Shown here: one piece after another, positions 11,501-21,574 of the stretch
Numbering within the stretch: position 1 is the stretch's first letter
How the letters are laid out: the number at the start of each line of letters is the position of its first letter
Source: an uncultured Thermococci archaeon
GTDB taxonomy: Archaea > Methanobacteriota_B > Thermococci > Methanofastidiosales > B48-G16
Length of the DNA: 64,000 bases
Direction of reading: 5' to 3'
Assembly: GCA_964595645.1 (NCBI GenBank)
Contig: CAZQQT010000011.1
Coordinates: 28,400-92,399 of the forward strand
Position numbers and translations under genes: made by a program
Notes under the pieces: model-generated
The model's database searches: none
Seen by the model: only the letters and a program-made list of their open reading frames with translations
What the model was told of the DNA's origin: nothing

Positions 11501-11818
11501 CTAAATCTCCTCTTCTATTTTTTTACTTTTAATCGTGACTGTGAGTGTGTAGAATCCGTGAATTACAAGAAGGGGTGCAATAACAAGTATAATACCTGCT
11601 AGGTGCTTGCTATGATACCAAAGGACAATACTGATCAAATACAGTAGTATCGCAGTCATGATCTCGAAAAAAGAACGTCTCACCTTCCCATGGTTTAAAA
11701 ACATCTTTGCCGTGTTTATTCGTGCTTTCTCTTCTGTGGTAAAAAGAAGAAAAAATTTAAATATCATCACAGCGCCTACTGTGCCCAAAATCACAGCCAA
11801 AGGATCATATAGATTCAT
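11501..11818 (-). CDS. Small 3-TM membrane protein (paralogue 3)
   Basis: Three hydrophobic segments; NTAKMFLN motif; ATGA overlap with the upstream gene. Confidence 0.75.
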   Translation of the reverse strand: MNLYDPLAVILGTVGAVMIFKFFLLFTTEEKARINTAKMFLNHGKVRRSFFEIMTAILLYLISIVLWYHSKHLAGIILVIAPLLVIHGFYTLTVTIKSKKIEEEI

Positions 11819-12129
11819 GAAGACACCTCCGTTTCTTGAAGCTGAACTTTTATGAGAATGATGTAAAAAAACAGGAGACAGACAGTGCCTAGGGTATGCA
11901 GTATAGCATGAATAGGTCCATAGTTGGAGAAGGTAGAGTAGAGAAAGGACACTGTATGTATAAATATTCCTATCATCAAAATTCGAACAGCGGAGATAGT
12001 TGTGTACGTGTTGAGAAATAGTTTTGCAAGGAATGTTTCTGGAGAACGTTTGAATTTTATTAGGAGAACAAAGATTGAAGTGAGATGTAAGATCGCGAAG
12101 AAAAAAGTGGGGACACTATACACATTCAT
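11815..12129 (-). CDS. Small 3-TM membrane protein (paralogue 2)
   Basis: Three hydrophobic segments; FLAKLFLN motif; ATGA overlap. Confidence 0.75.
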   Translation of the reverse strand: MNVYSVPTFFFAILHLTSIFVLLIKFKRSPETFLAKLFLNTYTTISAVRILMIGIFIHTVSFLYSTFSNYGPIHAILHTLGTVCLLFFYIILIKVQLQETEVSS

Positions 12130-12434
12130 TTTCCCAACTCCAGAACTTTATTCAGCTGATAACTGAGATAAAGGAAGGAAAGCCAGTAGATCCACATAAT
12201 CCAGCCGATCTTCGAGGGGCTCATGCCAGCAGTCCATAAAAATCCAAATGCAAAGAATACAGCTGTTCCTGCAAGAAGTGCAAGCAATCCATGATATATT
12301 CTCTCTTTTTTCAAGAATATTTTTGCTGTGGCAAGTTTTTTATTTCTCAGTTTCTGGTTTACCTGTACAGAAAAGTAGATAATTGTTATCCCTATAATAG
12401 CTGCCAGTACTGCCCTAATCTCCTCAGTCATCAC
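12126..12434 (-). CDS. Small 3-TM membrane protein (paralogue 1)
   Basis: Three hydrophobic segments; LATAKIFL motif. Confidence 0.75.
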   Translation of the reverse strand: MMTEEIRAVLAAIIGITIIYFSVQVNQKLRNKKLATAKIFLKKERIYHGLLALLAGTAVFFAFGFLWTAGMSPSKIGWIMWIYWLSFLYLSYQLNKVLELGK

Positions 12435-12436
12435 GA

Positions 12437-12796
12437 TTACCCTAGAATCTTCTCCACTTTTTCTGCAGCTTTATCCAGTCCTGCAAGAAGAGATCGTACA
12501 TCAGTTTCTGAGGTCATGCAGACGAGGAATGCCTTCTCTCCTGCTCCCTCCGTAATAATTCGATATTCTCCTGTCTCCACGATAATTCTCTCAGGTAGTT
12601 CTGCCCCTATCTCGCTGGTAGCAGTCTCAGCAGCACCGAGTATTGTAGCAGCCATGGCAGCGAAGGTTTCAGCATTGATGTCCTGTGGAATATCGGCACA
12701 GATGGGCAGTCCCGATCGTGTAACAATGGCAGAAGCTTTTATCTCGAAAGTTTCTTCCAGCTCCTCTAAAATCTCACTCAATAACTCTTTCTTCAT
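12437..12796 (-). CDS. Roadblock/LC7 (MglB-like) domain protein
   Basis: ASAIVTRSGLPI...ETFAAMAATILGAAET signature. Confidence 0.9.
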   Translation of the reverse strand: MKKELLSEILEELEETFEIKASAIVTRSGLPICADIPQDINAETFAAMAATILGAAETATSEIGAELPERIIVETGEYRIITEGAGEKAFLVCMTSETDVRSLLAGLDKAAEKVEKILG

Positions 12797-13291
12797 TTAA
12801 TCACCCAACACACCTTTCCTCACCTTAAAAACGCAGTGATCATTTCCTGTGGCAATACATTCCTTTTCTTCAACCACAATCTTCTCTCCAAATATTGACT
12901 CGATTAATCCAGAAATATACCCAGCTATAAATACACAAACCGGGAACTTCTGATCTTTTTTCACGACATCGTTCCATTTTTTCCCAATGAATGAGTCGTA
13001 TAAACGCACCTCGCCTTCAAAGGTGTCAAAATCTATATTATACTCGAATTCGCCCCATCCCCCTTTCAAATCCGTCTCCTGCGTTTTTTTTAATAATGTC
13101 ACACCTTCTGATTTCGTAAGTTTTTTTTCTTTCCTCCCGAACAATCGTCCTGTTCGAGATCCTACATTATACAAAAGAGAATGAGCCCCATTTTTCCCCA
13201 ATAAGTCGTAAATACTACCAAAAATTGTTATTATCGTTCTATGGTCAAAAGCAACAACATCTACGCCTTCTATCTCTAGGCTTTCACTCAT
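12797..13291 (-). CDS. V4R (4-vinyl reductase) ligand-binding domain protein
   Basis: GWG, PVC.F.AGY..G and E..C.A.G...C.F motifs. Confidence 0.9.
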   Translation of the reverse strand: MSESLEIEGVDVVAFDHRTIITIFGSIYDLLGKNGAHSLLYNVGSRTGRLFGRKEKKLTKSEGVTLLKKTQETDLKGGWGEFEYNIDFDTFEGEVRLYDSFIGKKWNDVVKKDQKFPVCVFIAGYISGLIESIFGEKIVVEEKECIATGNDHCVFKVRKGVLGD

Positions 13292-13341
13292 GTTATTTCA
13301 TCTCTCTATTACTATATAAAACTTATCATTGATATAGAAAT

Positions 13342-14592
13342 TCATAAAAAATCTCGTGGATCTGTGATTTCTCCTGTGATTGCTGATGCTGCCACCGTTG
13401 CTGGCGACGCCAGATACACAAAGGCTTCCTTACAACCCATACGTCCTTTAAAGTTCCTGTTTGCAGTCGAGACACACACTTCGTCTGGGGCCAAAATGCC
13501 CTCATGTGCACCAAGACAGGGACCACAGTTTGGGTTCAAGATCATCGCACCTGCCTCCACAAGATCAGCAATTACTCCTTCATTCACTGCATCCAGGTAA
13601 ACCTCTCGCGATGCGGGTAATACCAAAAGTCGTACACTGTCATGCACTGTATTTCCTTTAAGGATCTTCGCAGCTTCCTCCAAGTCCTCGAGTCGTCCAT
13701 TGGTACATGTCCCAATCAGTGCCTGATCGATCTCCACATTAACATCGGTGACATCTTTCACATTATCTACAGTGTGGGGGCATGCTACCCTCGGTGTGAT
13801 GTCTTCAGCACTGTATTCCAGTTTCTTCGTGTACGCATCATCCAGCGGCTTCACTGATGTAATTTCCTCAGAAACACGGCTTTTTAGCCACTTTTCTGTT
13901 TTTTTATCAGCTGGAACAATCCCTGTCTTGGCTCCCATCTCTGCACTCATATTTGAAAGGACCATTCTTCCTGGAATACTGAGGTGATCTATTGTCTCAC
14001 CGTGGAACTCCACGGACATGTAGTTTGCTCCATCGGCCCGTACATCTCCAATGATATGGAGAATAAGATCCTTTGCATAGACACCCTCCTCCAGCTCGCC
14101 ATCCACAATAATTTTCATCGACTCGGGGACCTTCAGCCACAACTTGCCAGCAGCCATTATTGATGCTGCTTCACTTCGTCCAATACCGGCAGAGAAGGCA
14201 CCAAAGGCACCATAAGTAGTAGTATGAGAATCAGAACCGAGAATAAGCCTACCTGGCAGTACATGACCCTTCTCAGGGACTACCTGATGACATATTCCTT
14301 CTTTTATATCGTAAAAATGTGTGATACGCTGTTCTTCAACAAACTCACGTATTGCCTTGTGATTCTTTGCGTAACTTTCATCAGCCGCTGGTACACAGTG
14401 ATCGATTGGAATTACTATTTTTTTAGGGTTCCAGACTTTTTCTACACCAATAGAGTAGAATTTTTTAGATATTGCAGCAGTATTTTCATGTGTCAGTAAA
14501 ATATCGGGTTCAGCCTCAATAATCTCATTTTCTTTCACTTTTTTTCCCGTTTTCTCTCCTAAAATAGCCTTCGCTATTGTCATTTTTGACAC
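13342..14592 (-). CDS. 3-isopropylmalate dehydratase/homoaconitase family large subunit (LeuC/HacA)
   Basis: DHCVP, GICHQ, DSHTTTYGA, IGTCTNGR, CGPCLG and TANRNF.GR motifs. Confidence 0.9.
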   Translation of the reverse strand: MSKMTIAKAILGEKTGKKVKENEIIEAEPDILLTHENTAAISKKFYSIGVEKVWNPKKIVIPIDHCVPAADESYAKNHKAIREFVEEQRITHFYDIKEGICHQVVPEKGHVLPGRLILGSDSHTTTYGAFGAFSAGIGRSEAASIMAAGKLWLKVPESMKIIVDGELEEGVYAKDLILHIIGDVRADGANYMSVEFHGETIDHLSIPGRMVLSNMSAEMGAKTGIVPADKKTEKWLKSRVSEEITSVKPLDDAYTKKLEYSAEDITPRVACPHTVDNVKDVTDVNVEIDQALIGTCTNGRLEDLEEAAKILKGNTVHDSVRLLVLPASREVYLDAVNEGVIADLVEAGAMILNPNCGPCLGAHEGILAPDEVCVSTANRNFKGRMGCKEAFVYLASPATVAASAITGEITDPRDFL

Positions 14593-14697
14593 CTCATTAT
14601 GCGTATAGTAATTTTTTTTGTAAGATATCTATTTAAAAGTTCCGCGGAGAAGAATAGATTTAAATATTTAGGGAAACTATAGGGGTTAGGTGATTGA

Positions 14698-16302
14698 ATG
14701 GCAACGGTGGATAAAACGCTGGGAGATATTCTAGACGAAACTGCTGAAAAATTTCCGAACAGAGAAGTCATCATTTTTGAAGACAGAAGAATCACGTACA
14801 AGGAATTAAACGAAAAGGTAGACCAATTTGCCTCTGGGCTTGTAAAACTGGGAATTGAAAAGGGAGATAGAATAGGCCTGTGGATGTCCAATTACCCTGA
14901 ATGGGTCATTGCGTACTTTGGGATTGCAAAGGCAGGAGGAATTGTCGTCCCAATGAACACCCGATACAAAACCCACGAAGTGAAGTATATACTCAACAAC
15001 TCACAAGCGAAAGGTATCATCATGTGCGATACTTTCGTGGGGATAGACTTCCTCGAAATGATAAACAAAGTAAAGGGTGATCTTCCCAGTTTGGAACATA
15101 TTATCGTCTTTGGAGAGCCTGAGGAAGACATGCGTGGATTTTATGAGATATGTGAGATGGGAAAAGACTGGGAAAATGACACTACACTGCAGAAGAGAAG
15201 AAAAAGTCTCGATCCGGACGAGTGCGTCTTTATTCTCTATACCTCCGGTACTACCGGGGCCCCAAAGGGCGCCATGTTATCTCACAATAATATTGGTACC
15301 AACGCCCGGGACGTTACCGGCGTATTAAAAACAACAGAAGAGGATAAATTCCTGCTTGCTGTACCCTTCTTCCACTGTTTTGGCTGTGTCATGGGAATTC
15401 TCGGAAGCATAGTGTATGGGGCTTCAATGGTACCGATGGTCGTTTTTAAAGCGGAGAAAGCCATGGAACTCGTTGAACAAGAGGATATCTCAATACTCTA
15501 CGGTGTCCCTACAATGTTTGTCCTGGAGCTGGAAGCCTACAGAAAGTACAAGTACGATGTTGACTCCCTGAGAACGGGAATTATGGCGGGAGCACCGTGT
15601 CCCGAAGAGGTAATGGAAGGTGTCATGAACGAGATGGGCTGTAATGTATCCATTGCCTACGGACTGACAGAAGCATCCCCCGTAATCACCATGACGAGGT
15701 TCGACGACAGTCTAGAGAAACGAGTGAAAACTGTTGGGAAGCCGCTTCCCGATATCGAGGTAAAAATAGCCGATGATCGACACAATGAAGTGCCAGTAGG
15801 CACCAGAGGGGAACTTGCCTGCAGAGGGTACAATGTGATGCTGGGCTACTACAAGATGCCTGATAAGACAGAACAGGCCATCGATGATGAAGGATGGCTG
15901 TACTCCGGTGATCTCGCAATGGAAGACGAGGACGGATACTATATTATTACCGGCAGGAAAAAAGACATGATACTTGTCGGTGGATTCAACGTCTACCCCC
16001 GTGAGATAGAAGAGTTCCTCTTCACCCACCCGAAGATCCAGAATGTTTCTGTAATCGGTGTGCCCGACGATGTCTTTGGCGAAGTTGTGATGGTGTACGC
16101 AATACCAAAAGATGGCGTGGACTTGAAACCAGAAGAGATAGTTAGGTTTTGCGAGGACGAAATAGCGAACTTTAAGGTGCCGAGATACGTGAAGATCGTA
16201 GATGAGATGCCCATGACAGCATCCGGGAAGATTCAAAAGTTCAAGCTTCGGGAGGAAGCAGAGAAACTGGTGAAAGAAGGGGCATTAGCAAAACTAAAGT
16301 AA
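14698..16302 (+). CDS. AMP-dependent acyl-CoA synthetase
   Basis: YTSGTTGAPKG, YGLTE, SGD, GRKKD and SGKIQK motifs. Confidence 0.92.
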   Translation: MATVDKTLGDILDETAEKFPNREVIIFEDRRITYKELNEKVDQFASGLVKLGIEKGDRIGLWMSNYPEWVIAYFGIAKAGGIVVPMNTRYKTHEVKYILNNSQAKGIIMCDTFVGIDFLEMINKVKGDLPSLEHIIVFGEPEEDMRGFYEICEMGKDWENDTTLQKRRKSLDPDECVFILYTSGTTGAPKGAMLSHNNIGTNARDVTGVLKTTEEDKFLLAVPFFHCFGCVMGILGSIVYGASMVPMVVFKAEKAMELVEQEDISILYGVPTMFVLELEAYRKYKYDVDSLRTGIMAGAPCPEEVMEGVMNEMGCNVSIAYGLTEASPVITMTRFDDSLEKRVKTVGKPLPDIEVKIADDRHNEVPVGTRGELACRGYNVMLGYYKMPDKTEQAIDDEGWLYSGDLAMEDEDGYYIITGRKKDMILVGGFNVYPREIEEFLFTHPKIQNVSVIGVPDDVFGEVVMVYAIPKDGVDLKPEEIVRFCEDEIANFKVPRYVKIVDEMPMTASGKIQKFKLREEAEKLVKEGALAKLK

Positions 16303-16860
16303 TTTCTCTAATTTTTTATTTAATCTTTTCAACTTTTTTCTACTTCTTTTTAGAGCATTATTAGCATATTTAACAAGAATTTTCAGGTGCTTTTCATCTG
16401 CAAGGAGCTCTTTTTCACCAAGTGGTACATCTATTCTTTCTGTTGAGAGTATCTCCACAATAGTCCTTTCATTAATTGATTTTATCCCACTATTCTTAAA
16501 TCCGGAGGAAAAAGAAAGGTTTAGTAGCCTCCTAGCACTTGTGATATCCCGCGAGGCGATGTGCAGTATCGGAGACTGGGAAATAAGAAAGGTTACACCA
16601 GAGTCTCGAAACTCCAACGCGTCCAGCAGTTCCTCATACTCCACGGGGTTGTGCCACTTCCTGAGAAATGTCGCATTCTTTTTTCCTCCCAACGCAGGCA
16701 GCCAGATCAGCACAATTCTTCCTGCACAGCTTGAAGTAGTGTAATATGCCTCATGGGCATTGATGAGTTCTAGTGTTTCTCGTATCGCTGGATCCACCTT
16801 TCCTTCAGCAACAGCATTCTCGAGATTCTGCATGGTCTCTTCTTTTTCCCTCTCAAACAT
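16294..16860 (-). CDS. taw3: tRNA(Phe) wyosine methyltransferase Taw3/TYW3
   Basis: YYTTSSCAGRI, KWH, PILHI and GFKNSG motifs. Confidence 0.9.
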   Translation of the reverse strand: MFEREKEETMQNLENAVAEGKVDPAIRETLELINAHEAYYTTSSCAGRIVLIWLPALGGKKNATFLRKWHNPVEYEELLDALEFRDSGVTFLISQSPILHIASRDITSARRLLNLSFSSGFKNSGIKSINERTIVEILSTERIDVPLGEKELLADEKHLKILVKYANNALKRSRKKLKRLNKKLEKLL

Positions 16861-17598
16861 TCATATCTCCATAGGTGCAAGGTAGAATCGAAGCGAGAGT
16901 CCCCCATTTACACTTTCCATTCGTAATGGTGTGTCTTTTTTTCCAAAGAATAGATCGATATACTCAACAGACTTAGAAGTTTTTAAAAAGCTTTCAATAT
17001 AATTCAGATTAAACTTACTCCTGCATGCCGTCTTCACGGTAAACTTATCCAACGCACTATTATCCTTGGACACCGTGACAGAACTCTTCACTCCATCTTC
17101 TTCAGAATAGAATGTTACCTCCTCAGGTTCTGCCTCAATAATAAAAGAGCTTCCTACGACTGCAATATCTTTCATAAGACTACTGAATACATCCCCGCGT
17201 ATTCGTAGGGAAACAAGAGGATCGACACTTATCTGTGGCAGTGATTCTGCAAAATCCAACAGGGGGATTCGAAAGTATCGCTCTACAAAATTGCGAATCA
17301 TGAACTCAAGATACTTGTCCTCGAGGGTGATGGAAATTTCATCATCAGTCTGCATTCTTCTCGCTATTTTTTTCATTAAATTCATATCAAGATGAAATTC
17401 AGAATTTGAATCTGTTTTATAATGAGAAAAGACATTTTTTTTCGCTTTAACTTCTATTTTACAGATGACGGATGGATCGGATGCCTCCATCCTAAAATGA
17501 TCACTTGTCACATAAAAAGAAGCGGTGTCTACGAGATCAGAAACTCCATCAATTAGATCTCTCAATGTCACCGAATCAGACCACGCACACCTAAACAT
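16861..17598 (-). CDS. pcn: PCNA sliding clamp homologue (divergent)
   Basis: 245 aa; SDPS motif, R.F.IPLLD linker, PLR and FYLAP C-terminus. Confidence 0.8.
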   Translation of the reverse strand: MFRCAWSDSVTLRDLIDGVSDLVDTASFYVTSDHFRMEASDPSVICKIEVKAKKNVFSHYKTDSNSEFHLDMNLMKKIARRMQTDDEISITLEDKYLEFMIRNFVERYFRIPLLDFAESLPQISVDPLVSLRIRGDVFSSLMKDIAVVGSSFIIEAEPEEVTFYSEEDGVKSSVTVSKDNSALDKFTVKTACRSKFNLNYIESFLKTSKSVEYIDLFFGKKDTPLRMESVNGGLSLRFYLAPMEI

Positions 17599-17688
17599 GC
17601 TATCACTTCAAATAAATCTTACGCATTAAACACTGTACGATGTACGGAGCCTGCATATTAAAAACTTTCTGATCACAAAAGGACAGAT

Positions 17689-17709
17689 TGCATATATGAA
17701 ATATATGCA
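17689..17709. promoter_or_regulatory. 9-bp inverted repeat upstream of pcn (candidate operator)
   Basis: TGCATATAT-GAA-ATATATGCA. Confidence 0.35.
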
Positions 17710-17740
17710 CTAATAAAATTGAAATAAAAAAAAGAGATAA

Positions 17741-17917
17741 TTACTCTATTTTGGCTATGAAGAAGCAAAATGCACCTACGGCTATCAAAATAACCCCTAT
17801 CATTCCTTTAAATACTACTTTTAGCTCCTCCCACCATCCTAATCCTTGAGGGATTATAGTATAAAGTCCCACAATCACCAGCACAATTCCTATTAGTATC
17901 CACAGTATTTTATTCAT
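17741..17917 (-). CDS. Small 2-TM membrane protein (58 aa; absent from the ORF track)
   Basis: MNKILWILIGIVLVIVGLYTIIPQGLGWWEELKVVFKGMIGVILIAVGAFCFFIAKIE; AGGTGAT RBS. Confidence 0.7.
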   Translation of the reverse strand: MNKILWILIGIVLVIVGLYTIIPQGLGWWEELKVVFKGMIGVILIAVGAFCFFIAKIE

Positions 17918-18079
17918 GGTATCACCTTTTTTTCTTTCTTTGTCTTTTTATATTTATATTTTTTGGTTTCCTTTTTCTTCTTCGTATTTCACAGATGACA
18001 AATCATGGGGTTTCTTCCTACCAAAAGGTTTAAATTTGCAGGGGTACTATGTTCTTTTCGTTGTAAAATAACGGTGACC

Positions 18080-18481
18080 ATGATGAAGGAGTATAATATA
18101 GTGAGATTGAAAGGAAACAAGATGAAGATACCTGAAGGAGTTTTTGAAGCATTAAACCTAGATAAATATGAATATGTCCTCATAGAAACAGATTTAGACG
18201 AAAAAGAGTCGATAATATCTCCTTTGGCGGCAAAAGGCAGCAATTTAGTGGAGATGAATCTGGTGTTAAAAAACATTCCAGGAGCCATTGCGAAAGTCGA
18301 TCTTTTCCTTGGAGAAAATGTTATTAACATCCTGTATGAAGAAGCTGAAATGATAAATGACGATACGGCTGCTGCCGTGAGACTCGTAGACATGTCAAAG
18401 AGCAAATCAAGTATAGAGGAGATTAAAAAGCATCTTCAAAATTTAGATGTTGTAAAGGATTTTGAAGTAATAGAAGTCTAA
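18080..18481 (+). CDS. AbrB-like/ACT-domain regulatory protein
   Basis: N-terminal MKIPE..LNL; ACT-like NIPGAIAKV...ENVINI; GGTGA RBS. Confidence 0.6.
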   Translation: MMKEYNIVRLKGNKMKIPEGVFEALNLDKYEYVLIETDLDEKESIISPLAAKGSNLVEMNLVLKNIPGAIAKVDLFLGENVINILYEEAEMINDDTAAAVRLVDMSKSKSSIEEIKKHLQNLDVVKDFEVIEV

Positions 18482-18798
18482 GATTCAAAAAGTATCTTTA
18501 TCCTATCTCTAAGGAATTTTTCTCCTTCTGCTAGGAGTTTTTCTCCTTCTTCTGTTATATAATAATACTTTCTCCTCGGATTTGTATCCTCATCACCCCA
18601 CTTTGTAGTGACATATCCTCCCCGTTTGAGTCTGTACAGCACAACGTATGACGTAATAGTGGCTGGTTCCCAATCAAATCGATCCATAATCTCCTTTTTA
18701 AGCTGATATGCGTACATTGGTTTTTCTTTGAGGATGGTCAGGACATACAGCCACATGACCTCCTTTGTCATTTTTCTCTTCAACCTGTCAAGGGGCAT
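18478..18798 (-). CDS. PadR family transcriptional regulator
   Basis: PMYAYQL, Y.VLYRL...GYV and RKYY.ITEEG motifs. Confidence 0.9.
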   Translation of the reverse strand: MPLDRLKRKMTKEVMWLYVLTILKEKPMYAYQLKKEIMDRFDWEPATITSYVVLYRLKRGGYVTTKWGDEDTNPRRKYYYITEEGEKLLAEGEKFLRDRIKILFES

Positions 18799-18906
18799 TG
18801 TACCACCATAGTACCATAAATTTATAGAGTTTAAATGTTTTATGGGCATAAAATATTTAAAGTCTATGGTAAGATAGTCATACCAGAACATCAAAAGGTG
18901 ATTCTT

Positions 18907-19983
18907 ATGGGTGAGATACGACTTGCAATAGCAGGAATAGGAAACTGTGCGTCCTCTCTAATACAGGGACTCCAGTATTATAAAGGTATCAACGAGAACG
19001 ATGAAATTGTTCCTGGGTTGATGCATAATATCTTTGGAGATTATAAAATAAAAGATATCATCCCTGTAGCAGCATTTGATGTGGATGCACGAAAGGTAAA
19101 CAGGCCTCTGGAAGAAGCGATATTCACAGGTGAGAACTGTACACTCACCTTCTCAGAGCCGCCGGAAACGGATGTTGTTGTTCAAAAGGGGGAAGTATTG
19201 GATGGTATTGGGAAATACCTCAGTAAAAAAATACCTGTGGATAAAAATCAAGAGCCTGTGAATGTGGCAGCAGTGCTGGAAGAGACCAATGCAGATATGC
19301 TTATAAATTACATGCCTGTAGGGAGTGAAAAGGCTTCCAGATACTATGCTGAACAGTGTATAAAATCGGGGACTGCCTTTGTGAACGCAATGCCTGCATT
19401 CATTGTTTCGGGAGATACATGGCCCGAAAAGTTCGAAGATGCTGGATTGCCCTGTGCAGGAGACGATATAAAGAGTCAGGTAGGCGCCACCATTCTTCAC
19501 AGAGTACTCGCCCAGCTACTACTGGACAGAGGAGTAAAAATTGATGAAAGCTACCAACTTAATATTGGAGGAAACACCGATTTCTACAACATGCTGGAAG
19601 AGGAAAGGCTTAAATCAAAAAGAATTAGTAAAACGAATGCAGTACAAAGTCTTATCCCCTACAAAATCCCATTACGGATAGGACCTTCCGACTACGTAGA
19701 GTTTCTCGGTGATAACAAGGTCTGCCATATATACATGAGGGGGAAGAAGTTTGGGGATGTCCCACTCACTATCGATCTGAAACTTAGTGTGGAAGACTCG
19801 CCCAACTCAGCTGGTGTGATGATAGACGCCATCAGAGCAACAAAGATCGCGCTGGATAGAGGCGTGAGCGGCCAACTCACCTCAATTTCTGCATATAGCT
19901 TCAAGCATCCGCCAGAACAGTACCCGGACTCGATAGCAAAGGAAATGGTCGAGGAGTTCATCCACGGAGAACGGGAGAGATAG
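18907..19983 (+). CDS. ino1: myo-inositol-1-phosphate synthase
   Basis: GIGNCASSL, GDDIKSQVGAT, QLNIGGNTDF and DSPNSAG motifs. Confidence 0.95.
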   Translation: MGEIRLAIAGIGNCASSLIQGLQYYKGINENDEIVPGLMHNIFGDYKIKDIIPVAAFDVDARKVNRPLEEAIFTGENCTLTFSEPPETDVVVQKGEVLDGIGKYLSKKIPVDKNQEPVNVAAVLEETNADMLINYMPVGSEKASRYYAEQCIKSGTAFVNAMPAFIVSGDTWPEKFEDAGLPCAGDDIKSQVGATILHRVLAQLLLDRGVKIDESYQLNIGGNTDFYNMLEEERLKSKRISKTNAVQSLIPYKIPLRIGPSDYVEFLGDNKVCHIYMRGKKFGDVPLTIDLKLSVEDSPNSAGVMIDAIRATKIALDRGVSGQLTSISAYSFKHPPEQYPDSIAKEMVEEFIHGERER

Positions 19984-20021
19984 TAGAAATTTTCTTATAT
20001 AATCTAACTGAGGAGAATGTC

Positions 20022-20468
20022 ATGTCAGATAAAATAAAAATGGGGATTATTATCTGTGATCGTTGGAATACATGCGCCGGCGGTAAGTGTCTGCGGTCTC
20101 TTCACAATAGAGAGGGAGCGTTCAGTATCTACAAAGAGAAAGAAGTAGAACTGGTGGGATACACCACGTGTGGTGGATGTCCCGGCGGGAATGTCGAGTA
20201 TGCACCTAAAGAAATGAAAAAGAACGGTGCAGAGGTAGTACACTTAGCCACGGGACTTGTAGTGGGATATCCTCCCTGTCCATACATCGACCACTTCTGT
20301 AAATTTATCCAGGAAAAATATGGAATGGACGTCGTGATCGGTACCCACCCGATTCCGCAAAATTACTACCTCACCCACACAAACCTGGGTACATGGGATT
20401 CGCCCGTGTGGAAAAAAAGGATTGCCCCCGCACTCACAGATAAAGAAACTCGAGTGAAGTATGACTAA
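20022..20468 (+). CDS. CGGC domain protein
   Basis: C..GKC, TCGGCPG, HLATG, CP and GTH motifs. Confidence 0.85.
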   Translation: MSDKIKMGIIICDRWNTCAGGKCLRSLHNREGAFSIYKEKEVELVGYTTCGGCPGGNVEYAPKEMKKNGAEVVHLATGLVVGYPPCPYIDHFCKFIQEKYGMDVVIGTHPIPQNYYLTHTNLGTWDSPVWKKRIAPALTDKETRVKYD

Positions 20469-20508
20469 GGAGAAAAAGCTATATATGAACTAAGTTTTTA
20501 TTTTCATT

Positions 20509-21534
20509 ATGAATCTCGAAGAGATACCAAGAGTAAAGATAGGAAGAATACCTACACCGCTGGAAAAACTGCCAAACCTATCAAAAGAGCTTGATCTTCC
20601 CAGATTGTATATCAAACGAGATGATATGACGGGTATTGGGTACGGTGGTAATAAAATAAGAAAACTGGAATTTCTTCTCGCAGATGCCATAGAAAGAGGT
20701 GCAGACACAATTATCACCACAGGAGGGGTGCAGTCCAATTTCACACGGGAAACCGCAGCCTGTACAGCGAAGCTCGGGTTGCATACAGTGCTTGTACTTA
20801 TCGGCGAGGAACCAGAGGAGTACCGAGGGAACCTTCTCCTTGAAAAACTTATGGGAGCTGAGATACATTTTGTTTGTGCAGAAGGTCTCGATGAGGGTGC
20901 AAAAAAAGCGGAAGAACGCATGGCTGCATTAAAAGAGAAATACGAGGCAGAAGATCGCAGATGCTACATTATGCCCATGGGTGGTGCGACGCCCATCGGT
21001 TGTCTTGGATTCACCAACGCATTCGTAGAAATGGAGGAACAGGTGAAAAATCGCGACATTGATGCAGACTACATCATTCACGCCACAGGCTCAGGTGGAA
21101 CACAAGCAGGACTTCTCGCTGGAAAGGCAATGACAAACTCATCTATAGAAATCATAGGCATCAGAGTAGGAGGAATGTTTGAGCCCTTTGAAAGAATGGT
21201 AGCGGAGATGGCACAGGAGACAGCCGATCTTCTAGATGTTGAGCGTCCCATCGCTGAAGATGACGTGATTGCATATAAAGAGTTCATGGGAGAGGGATAC
21301 GATATCCCCACAGAAGAAGCAAACGCTGCAATAAAACTAATGGCACAGAAAGAAGCAATCTTCCTCGACCCTGTCTATACGGGGAAGGCGATGGCCGGAC
21401 TACTGGAGTTGGTGGAACGCGGTGAGATTAACCGGGACGATACCATCATTTTCTGGCATACCGGAGGAGATCCCGCACTTTTCGTGGGCGAGGAACTGCT
21501 TGGGAAAACATTCATGAAGGAGCTGAAAACATGA
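20509..21534 (+). CDS. D-cysteine desulfhydrase/ACC deaminase family PLP enzyme
   Basis: KRDD, GGNKIRKLE, QSN, GSGGT and LDPVYTGK motifs. Confidence 0.9.
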   Translation: MNLEEIPRVKIGRIPTPLEKLPNLSKELDLPRLYIKRDDMTGIGYGGNKIRKLEFLLADAIERGADTIITTGGVQSNFTRETAACTAKLGLHTVLVLIGEEPEEYRGNLLLEKLMGAEIHFVCAEGLDEGAKKAEERMAALKEKYEAEDRRCYIMPMGGATPIGCLGFTNAFVEMEEQVKNRDIDADYIIHATGSGGTQAGLLAGKAMTNSSIEIIGIRVGGMFEPFERMVAEMAQETADLLDVERPIAEDDVIAYKEFMGEGYDIPTEEANAAIKLMAQKEAIFLDPVYTGKAMAGLLELVERGEINRDDTIIFWHTGGDPALFVGEELLGKTFMKELKT

Positions 21535-21574
21535 GATCGAAAAGTTTAAACATTGCTATGTCTCATATAATACT

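Noticed and set aside
13342-14592. LeuC/HacA large subunit without an adjacent small subunit
   Set aside because: Unlinked large and small subunit genes are common in archaea.
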